A stretch of DNA of 64,000 bases from an uncultured Candidatus Saccharibacteria bacterium (GTDB lineage Bacteria; Patescibacteriota; WWE3; UBA101185; UBA10185). Both the position numbers and the translations under genes were made by a program. Location of the stretch: the NCBI GenBank assembly GCA_964643995.1, contig CAZXUJ010000003.1:349-64348 (forward strand), given 5' to 3'. Below, piece by piece: positions 9,485 to 18,528 of this stretch (position 1 is its first letter; each line of letters opens with the position of its first letter). Under the pieces are notes generated by a model. The model saw only the letters and a list, made by a program, of their open reading frames with translations. It made no database searches and had not been told where the DNA came from.

Positions 9485-9841
9485 AGTTAAAGGGATTGTA
9501 ATATAAAAATATTCTTAAGCAATCGGTTCTTTTAGCTGTAGGTAGAGTCAAAGTGTTTGATATGTTATCAAGTGCTTATCTCATCACTTTGAATAATAAA
9601 TGATATCTCATAGTCTAGACTGTTTTCTATTCTTTAATTTGTAGTCCTTCCACATTCCTGCTGTTTCTAGTATGACCTTTTCTCTATGCCGCATCGTAAA
9701 AGAATTCTTAGTATGTTTGATTGAAATTGTTTTTATAGGTTTGACTCTAATATCAAATGTATCTAGTGTCGAGATGTATAAAATGTATATGTTATGTTGT
9801 TACAGATTGACAAGAAAATCAAGGTATGTAAATATGCATGT

Positions 9842-10087
9842 ATGCATATACGTACAACCCTACTTCTTAATGAAAATATCAAAAAGTCCGCACAGATCAA
9901 GGCTTTAGAGAAAAACAAATCTCTGAGCGAAGTAGTTAATAGACTATTAGAAGACTATACAAGTGGTAGATATGAAGTGACTGATATTCCCGTTCCTAAC
10001 CAGCATCATCTAGATGAAATAAAAACCACTAACCTTGGTTTAAAAAGAAAAAAAGTTGATAGGGAAATGATATATGACCTCAACTAA
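9842..10087 (+). CDS. Ribbon-helix-helix (CopG/VapB-like) antitoxin
   Basis: MHIRTTLLLNENIKKSAQIKALEKNKSLSEVVNRLLEDY is RHH-like. It overlaps the downstream PIN gene by 14 nt. The ORF is open from 9794, but the internal ATG at 9842 is the likelier start. Confidence 0.6.
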   Translation: MHIRTTLLLNENIKKSAQIKALEKNKSLSEVVNRLLEDYTSGRYEVTDIPVPNQHHLDEIKTTNLGLKRKKVDREMIYDLN

Positions 10088-10505
10088 AAACAACATTTTA
10101 GTGGATACAAATATATTAGTTTATTCAACAGACAGCAGTTCTGCACATCATGCGGAATCTGTGGCTTATATGAAGAGTAATTACACGGGGCTTGTTTTAT
10201 GTAATCAAAACGTGAACGAGTATATACGTGTAGTTACGCATGCTAAGTTTATACAGCCACTAAAAACTGAGGAAGCACTAAAAAATATTGAGGCTATTAA
10301 AAAGAGTTTCTACAGTTTTGTGTTGCCCACTGATCGTACGCATAAAGTTTTTGTAGAGTTGCTAAAAAAGTATAAAGTGGTAGCAAATCAAGTTTTTGAT
10401 ACTTATCTTGTCGCAATTGCCCTTAGTAACAGCATCAATTCCATAGTAACGTTCAACGGTAACGATTTTGATAAATTCAAAGAGATCAATATTATTACTC
10501 CCTAG
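10074..10505 (+). CDS. vapC: PIN-domain VapC-family toxin
   Basis: ILVDTNILVY (first acidic residue), internal conserved acidic residues, and a C-terminal FNGNDFDKF motif. Its start overlaps the antitoxin gene. Confidence 0.7.
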   Translation: MTSTKNNILVDTNILVYSTDSSSAHHAESVAYMKSNYTGLVLCNQNVNEYIRVVTHAKFIQPLKTEEALKNIEAIKKSFYSFVLPTDRTHKVFVELLKKYKVVANQVFDTYLVAIALSNSINSIVTFNGNDFDKFKEINIITP

Positions 10506-10513
10506 AATTAGGG

Positions 10514-10813
10514 CTAAGCCTCCAGAATTACTTTACCTCTATTGTATTGTCTGATAAACATATTTAGAGCAGTTTGATATGGTATGCCTTTTTCTTTTGT
10601 TTTTGCTCTGAAAGTCGCCAAGTCCGCGACACCAACTCTTAATGTTATGTTTTTGGATTTTTGTTCTAGGAGATAGTTAATTGCCGCTTCCGACACCTCA
10701 TCTCGTATCTTGACGATATCTTCAGCAGATACATATTCGTTATTTCCTATGGCGCTTTCCAGCTCTTGTTCCTCAGTAGTAAGTATTGGATTGTATTTAA
10801 TAGCTTTTTTCAT
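10514..10813 (-). CDS. BrnA-like (COG3514-type) ribbon-helix-helix antitoxin; no cognate toxin ORF visible
   Basis: The C-terminal KNITLRVGVADLATFRAKTKEKGIPYQTALNMFIRQY matches the BrnA RHH pattern. There is no ORF of 60 aa or more on the minus strand immediately upstream. Confidence 0.5.
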   Translation of the reverse strand: MKKAIKYNPILTTEEQELESAIGNNEYVSAEDIVKIRDEVSEAAINYLLEQKSKNITLRVGVADLATFRAKTKEKGIPYQTALNMFIRQYNRGKVILEA

Positions 10814-11053
10814 AGACTAACTTTACTTAATTTTATACCCTTTTATATTAGCATTGTTCACTTTATGTTTAGCAGAGTTCTTAATGTGTGCTATTCCCTA
10901 AAGTTTGCATAGTCAGTCATAAAATAAATCCCTTAGCACTACCCCCTTTTGATTGACAAAAACCACATCTAATAGTATTATTACGTTCGTTTGAGAGACG
11001 CGCGACGCAAAGAAAATTTCCACAAAAACCAAACCAACAAAGTGACCTATAGT

Positions 11054-11082
11054 TTGACAATTTTTGTGTTTCATTGTAGAAT
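11054..11082 (+). promoter_or_regulatory. Near-consensus sigma70-type promoter TTGACA-17-TAGAAT
   Basis: Read directly. It points toward the mini-ORF, the GC-rich leader and the high-GC gene at 11611. Confidence 0.45.
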
Positions 11083-11409
11083 GAGCACATAAATTTTCGC
11101 CTTGATCTTTACCTACCTGTCCAATGAATCGACTTCTGAATCTTAGCCTCTTTAATATGTTTTAAGGAGTCTCTATTCAGCAGTTGCAATTTTTTAGCGA
11201 TTAGCTGAGAACTTTGAAAATTCCACATGTTTAATGATGTTAAACAAACCTTCTATAGGAGACTATAGTGGATATTGTTGTTTCAGGTGTGTGCCATAAC
11301 ATATAAAGAGTATCAGAGATACTTTTGGTACCTTTTATTTGTTATGGTCACGCGCGTGAACATAAATTTATCCACATTTTTTTTAGTCTATCTGATGGAG
11401 GATATTGAC

Positions 11410-11451
11410 ATGACGATCGTAATTCAACAGCAACAACAGCAAAATGCTTAG
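11410..11451 (+). CDS. Candidate leader peptide MTIVIQQQQQQNA (six consecutive Gln codons) with GGAGG RBS
   Basis: GGAGG lies 8 nt before the ATG. Codons are caa cag caa caa cag caa. A GC-rich, potentially structured segment follows at 11452-11530, and a T-run lies at 11555-11561. Confidence 0.35.
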   Translation: MTIVIQQQQQQNA

Positions 11452-11610
11452 CCCGCTCCGGCGTCCCGTCCCGTGGTCCGTAAACTGACCTGGCGCGATT
11501 GGCGTCCGTGGTAAGGTAGTTTGGTTTTAACCCGATATATCGTTTTTTTACCGTTTATCATGGTTGAAGCATAGGCTTCGACCATCAACCAACTCTTTAA
11601 GGAGAGAAAA

Positions 11611-12414
11611 ATGTCTCAAGAAAACGTACAGATTAATGAAGGTGGTACTGAAACCACGACTGGTTACAAGGCCATGCCGTGGATTGTTGGTATCGCAGTG
11701 GTTATGTTACTGTGTGGGGTCTTGTCTTTGGCCGGGTATCTGCTTTTAGGTGGCGTTGCCTCCAATGACTCGAATGCCACAATCGCCGAAGAAACCCCTG
11801 GCGCCGAAACCGTGGTTGTTACCCGCGTGGTAACCGACAATGCCGCTGAAGCCGAATTGGCCGCCGAACTGGCCGCCGCCGAAGCCGAACTGGCCGCCGC
11901 CGAAGCACGTATCCCGGTTGGCCCTGGAGTCAACTACTCTGATGACGAAAAGCTGGCTTTTACGGCCGACCTCACTGGCTACAATGGCTGGAATGTCGTC
12001 GGTGATGAACCATGGGCTTACAACTTTAATGCCAAAGGTGTTTTAGATGCCCAAGGCAACCAGGTTGTCATCACTTTCCAACTGCCTGCTGAAGAACGTG
12101 ACAATGAAGGAAACGTGATTGCCCGCTGGCAAGTTACATCGAATAGCCCGGCCACCGGTGTGATGTTTTGGGTTTCAGGCGGAAGCGCGGTAACAATTCA
12201 GGCCTCTGACGCCACTATCCGCTATCTGCCGCTGTACGGCAACATGTTCGATACGGATTGGGAAAAAGATGGTGATACATTGTTCGTTGGTGAAGGCATT
12301 ACCGCTGAGGAATATGGGTACACCCTGACCGATATGCGCGCCGAATCCAACCGTGTCACCCCCATGCCCACCGCCGAACAAATCGCTGAATACCGCATCC
12401 GCATCGGCCGTTAA
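11611..12414 (+). CDS. Membrane-anchored hypothetical protein encoded by a compositionally foreign (high-GC) gene
   Basis: RBS AAGGAGA. N-terminal transmembrane segment PWIVGIAVVMLLCGVLSLAGYLLL. AEAELAAELAAAEAELAAAEA repeat. The codons are GC-rich (~53 % by eye) against a ~36-40 % background. Confidence 0.7.
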   Translation: MSQENVQINEGGTETTTGYKAMPWIVGIAVVMLLCGVLSLAGYLLLGGVASNDSNATIAEETPGAETVVVTRVVTDNAAEAELAAELAAAEAELAAAEARIPVGPGVNYSDDEKLAFTADLTGYNGWNVVGDEPWAYNFNAKGVLDAQGNQVVITFQLPAEERDNEGNVIARWQVTSNSPATGVMFWVSGGSAVTIQASDATIRYLPLYGNMFDTDWEKDGDTLFVGEGITAEEYGYTLTDMRAESNRVTPMPTAEQIAEYRIRIGR

Positions 12415-12634
12415 CGTCAACCCCTAACATCATCAAATAGCATGTGGATCAGGTAGCATAGCGCTAGCACGAGGAGGAAGAGAATGTGTCGAAAGACTTA
12501 AAAGGACGGCCCAAAGCCTACCCGACTCTCCCCTCAAATTGCAAGCACTATGCTACCTTTCCGCTATTAGTTCACAAGTACTACTTATGGGTTAATAGTG
12601 GAATACTAACAATTTAATATTGAACCTAATTCAC

Positions 12635-12659
12635 AAGACCTTCCAAGGGTCTTTTTTTA
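12635..12659 (+). terminator. Intrinsic terminator (AGACC TTCCAA GGGTCT + T7)
   Basis: agaccttccaagggtcttttttt, about 220 nt downstream of the high-GC gene. Confidence 0.6.
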
Positions 12660-12824
12660 TATCTAGACAGCAATATTAATTAAGTCCGGATACAAAAGTG
12701 CCTATATTATTCCAAAAATTACCTATTGACACTATGGGCCGCAACGTGTAAATATTATCCCATAGCGAATTATTAGGAGACTTCAACCGCTGCCCGTAAC
12801 TATTTAAGAAGTCAGAAAGCTATA

Positions 12825-13616
12825 ATGAAAACTCTATCATTTGTTATACCAGTGTATAACGAGGAAAAAAGAATAAGTAAGACAATTGAAGCTTTAACAC
12901 AAGGCTTTAATTACGACGGTGTTAAGCTTGAGAAAGTAATTTTTGTTGATGACGGTAGCAAGGATGCTACGGTTAAGCTTCTTATGGAGGCTAAGGAATC
13001 TATCGAAAAAGTGTTACATGCTACTGAGGTAGTGATATCTTATAGCCCTAATGAAGGCAAAGGTAATGCTATTAAAGTAGGTATGGCTGAGTCTACGTCA
13101 GATTACACACTTTTCTTTGATGCTGATATGTCTACCCCATTGTCAGAGTTTGGTAAATTCATACCTTTTATGCAAGAAGGGGCTGATGTTATCGTTGGTA
13201 CCAGAAAGAACGGAGAATCAACCGTAAAAGTTCATCAACCATTTGTAAGAGAATATTTAGGTAAAGGATTTACTCTCTGTTCAAAGTTGATACTCAATAC
13301 ATGGGTTACAGACTTTACATGTGGGTTTAAAGCTTTTTCAAAAGAAGCTAAGGACGCTATATTTCCTAGAAGTTTAATAAAGCGTTGGGGATATGATGCT
13401 GAGCTTTTGTTTCTAGCTAGAAAGCTGGGTTATAAAATCAGTGAAAGAGCTGTGTACTGGTATGATGACAAAGATACGAAGGTAAGCTTAAGAAAGGCTG
13501 TTTTAACATCTTTTGTCGAGCTTTTGAAAATTCGTTATTACGAAGTTACAGGTAAGTATCATTTCAACAAAGCTATAAAGTTCGTTACAAACAGGAAATT
13601 GCTTAGATTATCCTAA
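12825..13616 (+). CDS. GT2-family glycosyltransferase, polyprenyl-phosphate sugar synthase (DPM1/ArnC-like)
   Basis: FVIPVYNEE N-terminus and DxD motif FFDADMSTP, in a GT-A fold of dolichyl/undecaprenyl-phosphate glycosyltransferase size. Confidence 0.75.
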   Translation: MKTLSFVIPVYNEEKRISKTIEALTQGFNYDGVKLEKVIFVDDGSKDATVKLLMEAKESIEKVLHATEVVISYSPNEGKGNAIKVGMAESTSDYTLFFDADMSTPLSEFGKFIPFMQEGADVIVGTRKNGESTVKVHQPFVREYLGKGFTLCSKLILNTWVTDFTCGFKAFSKEAKDAIFPRSLIKRWGYDAELLFLARKLGYKISERAVYWYDDKDTKVSLRKAVLTSFVELLKIRYYEVTGKYHFNKAIKFVTNRKLLRLS

Positions 13617-13638
13617 AACTGCTACTATAGTATGCAGT

Positions 13639-14832
13639 ATGTTAGAACTTTTAGTTATAACCAGTTTCCCTGAAAATGGACTTCTTCATGGTAGCAAAAC
13701 GGTTGGTGTCGCTAGTTACGCCAAGAATACACTCTTAGCTATTCTTAAAAAAGATCCCGATATTAAAATTGATATATTTGCGGAAATCCTGGATAAAGCT
13801 GAGTCTTATGTTGACTCTAATATGCATGTTACACGTAATTGGAAACGTAAAAATCTGCTAAGCATTTTCAAAATGTTCGTGTCTGTTTTACGCCACCCCT
13901 CCAAGAATGTCTTGCTTCAATTTGAAATGTTTATGTTTGGTGGATTTCCTCATGCGCTACTGGGAGTACTAATGACTGTATTTGCACGATGTTCAGGTAA
14001 AGATATTACTCTAGTTTTACATCAAGTGGTTTCAGAGGTTGAAGTTTTTGAGAAAAATAAGTTGAAGGGGTTATTTTTCAAACTTTCCCGCAAGATTTTC
14101 TACAATTTAGTATTGTTAAGTGCTTCACGTATAGTAGTTTTTGAGCAGGAACTAAAAGATAGGTTAGGTCGGGGAGACAAAATATTGGTGATACCTCATG
14201 CCGTTGAGCAAAAAGCTCCACTTAATAAGCAAGATGCCAAAAAAGCCCTCAAGCTGTCCCCTGAAAAAAGTTACATCCTCTACTTTGGCTTCCTCTCTCC
14301 ATACAAAGGTGTTGATGTGTTGTTGGAAAATTGGGAGAACAAAAATGGTTACCAGCTTATATTAGCAGGTGGTCCCAACCCCAATCATGAGAATGACCCT
14401 GAGTATCAAGCTTTCATAAACAAAACTTTCGAACTTGCTCGTCAAAAAGATGTAATCGCCCCAGGGTTTGTAAAACAAGAAGAGATTGAACTGTACTTCT
14501 CCGCTGCCGATTTGGTTGTATTGCCCTATTTATTGTTTATGTCTTCTTCTGGACCTATGGCGTTAGCATTTACCTATGAGGTCGGTGTAATGCTGTCTCA
14601 ACCCTTAGGAGTCTACTTTAATACCCAAGACATGCGCGACAGTCTTAAAGAGGTCGGACTTACTGTAGAAGATGTCACTTTCCCATTGAATTCTGATTTA
14701 TCGTCGAGGATTTATAGTGCTTTAGAAAATCCTGCAGCCCTTAAAAGTTTTTCCCAAAAGGTAAAAGCTTACCGTTCCTGGGATTATATAGGTGGGCTGT
14801 ATTATTCGAGCATTTTCAATCTGACTGAATAG
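13639..14832 (+). CDS. GT4-family (GT-B) glycosyltransferase
   Basis: The C-terminal half (YFGFLSPYKGVD..ILAGGPNP..) matches the GT4/GT1 retaining-transferase architecture. Confidence 0.6.
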   Translation: MLELLVITSFPENGLLHGSKTVGVASYAKNTLLAILKKDPDIKIDIFAEILDKAESYVDSNMHVTRNWKRKNLLSIFKMFVSVLRHPSKNVLLQFEMFMFGGFPHALLGVLMTVFARCSGKDITLVLHQVVSEVEVFEKNKLKGLFFKLSRKIFYNLVLLSASRIVVFEQELKDRLGRGDKILVIPHAVEQKAPLNKQDAKKALKLSPEKSYILYFGFLSPYKGVDVLLENWENKNGYQLILAGGPNPNHENDPEYQAFINKTFELARQKDVIAPGFVKQEEIELYFSAADLVVLPYLLFMSSSGPMALAFTYEVGVMLSQPLGVYFNTQDMRDSLKEVGLTVEDVTFPLNSDLSSRIYSALENPAALKSFSQKVKAYRSWDYIGGLYYSSIFNLTE

Positions 14833-16324
14833 ACTTACTTTTGCAGTGGAGATACACGAATGCTTCGCTTGTACATTCGTACTCTGGGAATACTACTGCT
14901 CCGGAAGTTTCATCTTTGCTAAAGAATGTATCACGCAATATGAACTCTTTTATATTGTCTTTTTTGAGATCTTTTTTTATTTCATCGTAATCTTTCATCA
15001 AAACCAGGTATTTCTCTATACATTTTGGTCCTGCATTGTTAAAACTCTTTGCTCCACAGTACTCAAATGTAAAAAGGCTGTCTTCTAAATTTGCATATTG
15101 CTTTAATGTTGGATACTTTTGAAAGTGCTCGCAGCTTGTGCAGTATATATAAGCTTGATCTTTGATAATGTGATTATTCCAGATGTACAACGTATAGGCA
15201 GCTAAGATGCTTATCAGTGCAAGTACTCCGATAAACCTAATTCTTATTGTTAGGGTTTCAATAATATTCGAAACTAGCATTAATGACAGGATATCGACTG
15301 GGAACAACTGTCTTATATGAAAAAGGTTTATGTCTGCCAGCAGAAACATACCTGTCAGTGCCAACAAAAAAGCCGGAATGAATAGTGCTATCAGAGCAAA
15401 GAGATATTCAGGTTCACGCTCGCTAGCATTTTTCGCTGCTATACCAATGATCTCCTTAAGCCCAAAAACCAAAAAAGTGGTTGCCACAGCTACGCCTAAG
15501 TACCCGCTAAGCGTTGTGTATTGATTGGTGCTTGCAAGTCCTTCCATTAGCTTGAAATTGTTCCAACCCAATAGTGTCGACAATGTTGTAAAAGGTAACA
15601 GGATGTTTTGTTCAGGTAACCATGCGATCCTGTTCGAAACAATTTCGTTTTTGTTTGCAAATGTGATTAGGGCTATACACAGTACTGCTAGCACAAGTAT
15701 AGTTGTGTTATTTATCGTATCCCAGACCTTATGTTTGCGTTTATTTATTTTTGCAATAATGATATCTGTTATCGTGTAAGTTGCTTTGAATGCAAGCCAA
15801 TAAACGTACCCATATACGGATAAGATACCTAGGATGTCAATAGCAATTTGTAGCACCTTATTATACTTGGCGGTCGTTGTTTGTCTCTTGATGAATACGT
15901 ACATCGATAAACTCATAAACAGCATTGCCAATGCATACATTCTTATGGAATATGAGAATCTTAGAATATAAGGGGAAAATGACCATATGAGTAGAAAGAT
16001 TCCTATATACCTGTCTGACATTTTCAGCTCTTTGAGAGTTTTGTAAAAAAACAAAGTTGTAAAAGTGAAAAGTATGAAGTTCAGAACTCTCAATACGAGA
16101 TAAGAAGAATACTTAGCATAAAGCAGTTTTGTTATCACATAGTACAATGGCGGATGTATGACCTCTGCTTTTAGTAGGAGTAATTCTTTATAGTTATATC
16201 CATTAGCCAAAAAAATACTCAGTACCTCATCTCCCCAGATTTTCGAATTCACGCCAACATACAAGTGACTAAGAGTACCTAACAATATCAATATTCCCGC
16301 TACTAGAAACACTTTCCTATTCAT
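14816..16324 (-). CDS. GT-C fold membrane glycosyltransferase, ArnT/PMT (GT83/GT39)-like
   Basis: Multi-span membrane protein with a DE motif in the first loop (IWGDEVLSIF) and an HPPLYY motif typical of the ArnT/PMT family. Its 3' end overlaps the convergent GT4 gene by 17 bp. Confidence 0.6.
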   Translation of the reverse strand: MNRKVFLVAGILILLGTLSHLYVGVNSKIWGDEVLSIFLANGYNYKELLLLKAEVIHPPLYYVITKLLYAKYSSYLVLRVLNFILFTFTTLFFYKTLKELKMSDRYIGIFLLIWSFSPYILRFSYSIRMYALAMLFMSLSMYVFIKRQTTTAKYNKVLQIAIDILGILSVYGYVYWLAFKATYTITDIIIAKINKRKHKVWDTINNTTILVLAVLCIALITFANKNEIVSNRIAWLPEQNILLPFTTLSTLLGWNNFKLMEGLASTNQYTTLSGYLGVAVATTFLVFGLKEIIGIAAKNASEREPEYLFALIALFIPAFLLALTGMFLLADINLFHIRQLFPVDILSLMLVSNIIETLTIRIRFIGVLALISILAAYTLYIWNNHIIKDQAYIYCTSCEHFQKYPTLKQYANLEDSLFTFEYCGAKSFNNAGPKCIEKYLVLMKDYDEIKKDLKKDNIKEFILRDTFFSKDETSGAVVFPEYECTSEAFVYLHCKSKSIQSD

Positions 16325-16413
16325 CTAGTTATCATTATATGTATATATCCGGTGTATGTTAATACCTCAAGCTTTTTTTTACTTAGACATATCCTATATG
16401 GCATAATGTTTGT

Positions 16414-18507
16414 ATGAAATTGTTTAATTCTTCAAGTATTGATTCCACAGTCAGTAGATTAAAATCAAATTCGAAGGCACTGTTTATCAGCTTGTTTTTC
16501 AGTTTATTGTTAAGTGGACTTTTCACATTTAATCCAACCTCAAGACTTATGGGTGATGGTGGTGATAATTATGAGTTCTTTGGTTTCATGTACTTGACTA
16601 AGCAAAACCTCTTAAATTTTAATCACCCGTTTGCAAAAACAGATATATTGAGATATCCATTTGGTTTTGAATATAGCTATGGTTTTGATGGTGCCTTCTC
16701 AATATTGACTGGAGCTTTGTTGAGTATGTTGGTAAACGCTGTACTTGCATATAACCTAACTGTTGTATTGGTACTTTTTCTGAACATGTACGTGTCTTTT
16801 GTCTGTTTTAAGAAAATAGCAACTATGTATGAGGTTGATGAAAACAAGGAGATAAAGGCCTACATTGCAGCAATAATATTTGGTCTATCACCTTATGTGT
16901 TTGCAAGAATAAATGCACACTTGAATTTGGCATTCGTAGCTGGGGTTCCCGTTTTGTTTTACTCATTAAATAGGTTTTATTTAAGCTTAAGAGGGCGAGT
17001 TTCTAATGACGGTTTGGTATCCTACTCTGCGCCATCTGCTAAAGATTTCGTTTTGTTTTATGTTGGGTTGTTGTTGCTAGCCTTAGGGTCATTGCAGTAT
17101 TTGATATTGTCTGCCTACATCCTAATATTTTTGTTTACTTTAGGTTTGGTACGTTGTTACAAAATCAAACATCTCTTAAATAAATCAAGTATTCCGGCAT
17201 TTCTGAAATCTACAGTTTGCTTTTTGTTTTTGTTTTCAAGTATTTTTGGCGGATATATCTGGGCGATGCTCAGTGGTAGTCTGACCTTAGAGGATAAACC
17301 AGTTTACACAGGTCTTTTGAACCTGTTTGTGCCTAATGGTTATCTAGGTGCGCTTTACCAGCAAATAAATTTCTCCAAAATATCTATAGAAAATGTAGCG
17401 TCTCTAAGCATAGTCGAAAATGTAGCATTAGTTTTAGCTCTCTTTTATTCAAAATCTAGGAAGTTAAGTCTTCTTGCAATCGCTTTATATTTTGTTCATT
17501 TAGTTCTGTCTCTAAACTTGATAAGACTACCTTTTTATTCGGAGGGAACACGATTTATTGTAGTACTCTCATTGTTTACCGCTTTAGTTTTTGTGTACTC
17601 AAAAACAAAAATCAAAAAATTTACCTTGTTTGTTTTGCTGATTTTATTGCTTCTAGAGAGATTGACATTTAATGTGAAAACAGCCCCCTTTGCTGTTTTT
17701 GATCCCTTAAAACTGGTAAGAAACTATGCAGGTGAGGCAGTGATAAACGTTCCAATGTCGAAGTTTTCAGCCTTTCGGTCTGTTCTTCCTTATTTTTATA
17801 ACAAAAAGATATTAGATGGGTATTTTCATTACACAGCAAATAACCAACAGACTGAATCCTTTTTTGCGCATCAATATTATTCTCGATTTACATGTCAAAA
17901 GGAAAGTACAGGTTTAATAGACATGTCTTACGAAAATGAAGATAGGATTGGTTTGATTCATAGCCTACGTGCTGACGGTATAAGGACAATAGTGGTCCTA
18001 AAAGACTCTTCAATTAGCTGGTATTACTTTGAAGAGTGTGACAATGTCAGGGATTGGTGGCAATGGTTGGCGTTGCCTAGTGTTCACACTCTTGAACCTA
18101 CAAGTAGTATCGAAAAGCTCGATTTTGAATTATTAACTGATAAACACGACAATAGGGTTGAGCTCTACAGCGATGTAAAAGGTAAACTCACACTAACCGG
18201 GTTGTTTGTAACCAATAGCCTTCTGCGTGATGTCATAGTTCATTATGGAGACACCACTTTACAGAAATTCACTTGGAATGAAACTCCAGGCGGTTATGGG
18301 TTTACTTTTGACCCTCCTTTAGAGGTTAATTTAGATGCTGGTGATACTGTAGTTTTTTCTCTTGTTACTGAGGCAGTAAGTCCTGGCTATATTGTTCTGT
18401 ACCACAGATATGAAGTAGCAGAAGGTACTGCTGAATCAATTCAGCCCTTTGTCCAAAATGTTTATAAAGATGCTTTGATGGAGATCTATCAGTTAAACTA
18501 TAATTAA
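16414..18507 (+). CDS. Large polytopic membrane protein with C-terminal soluble domain; putative GT-C-type glycosyltransferase
   Basis: At least 10 predicted transmembrane helices, acidic loop motif GDGGDNYEF near the N-terminus, and a ~250-aa C-terminal non-membrane domain. Family assignment is by inference only. Confidence 0.4.
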   Translation: MKLFNSSSIDSTVSRLKSNSKALFISLFFSLLLSGLFTFNPTSRLMGDGGDNYEFFGFMYLTKQNLLNFNHPFAKTDILRYPFGFEYSYGFDGAFSILTGALLSMLVNAVLAYNLTVVLVLFLNMYVSFVCFKKIATMYEVDENKEIKAYIAAIIFGLSPYVFARINAHLNLAFVAGVPVLFYSLNRFYLSLRGRVSNDGLVSYSAPSAKDFVLFYVGLLLLALGSLQYLILSAYILIFLFTLGLVRCYKIKHLLNKSSIPAFLKSTVCFLFLFSSIFGGYIWAMLSGSLTLEDKPVYTGLLNLFVPNGYLGALYQQINFSKISIENVASLSIVENVALVLALFYSKSRKLSLLAIALYFVHLVLSLNLIRLPFYSEGTRFIVVLSLFTALVFVYSKTKIKKFTLFVLLILLLLERLTFNVKTAPFAVFDPLKLVRNYAGEAVINVPMSKFSAFRSVLPYFYNKKILDGYFHYTANNQQTESFFAHQYYSRFTCQKESTGLIDMSYENEDRIGLIHSLRADGIRTIVVLKDSSISWYYFEECDNVRDWWQWLALPSVHTLEPTSSIEKLDFELLTDKHDNRVELYSDVKGKLTLTGLFVTNSLLRDVIVHYGDTTLQKFTWNETPGGYGFTFDPPLEVNLDAGDTVVFSLVTEAVSPGYIVLYHRYEVAEGTAESIQPFVQNVYKDALMEIYQLNYN

Positions 18508-18528
18508 CTGACGTGTTAAATCAAAGTT

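Noticed and set aside
9672-9908. 78-aa ORF overlapping the VapB-like gene region
   Set aside because: It is in a different frame from the RHH gene, lies in an AT-rich promoter region, and its peptide is implausible.
11564-12420. Alternative ORFs overlapping the high-GC gene (11564-11749, 11664-11933-, 11840-12046, 12175-12420-, 12222-12404-)
   Set aside because: High-GC DNA yields long spurious open frames on all strands. Only the frame with an RBS, a transmembrane segment and coherent codon use was kept.
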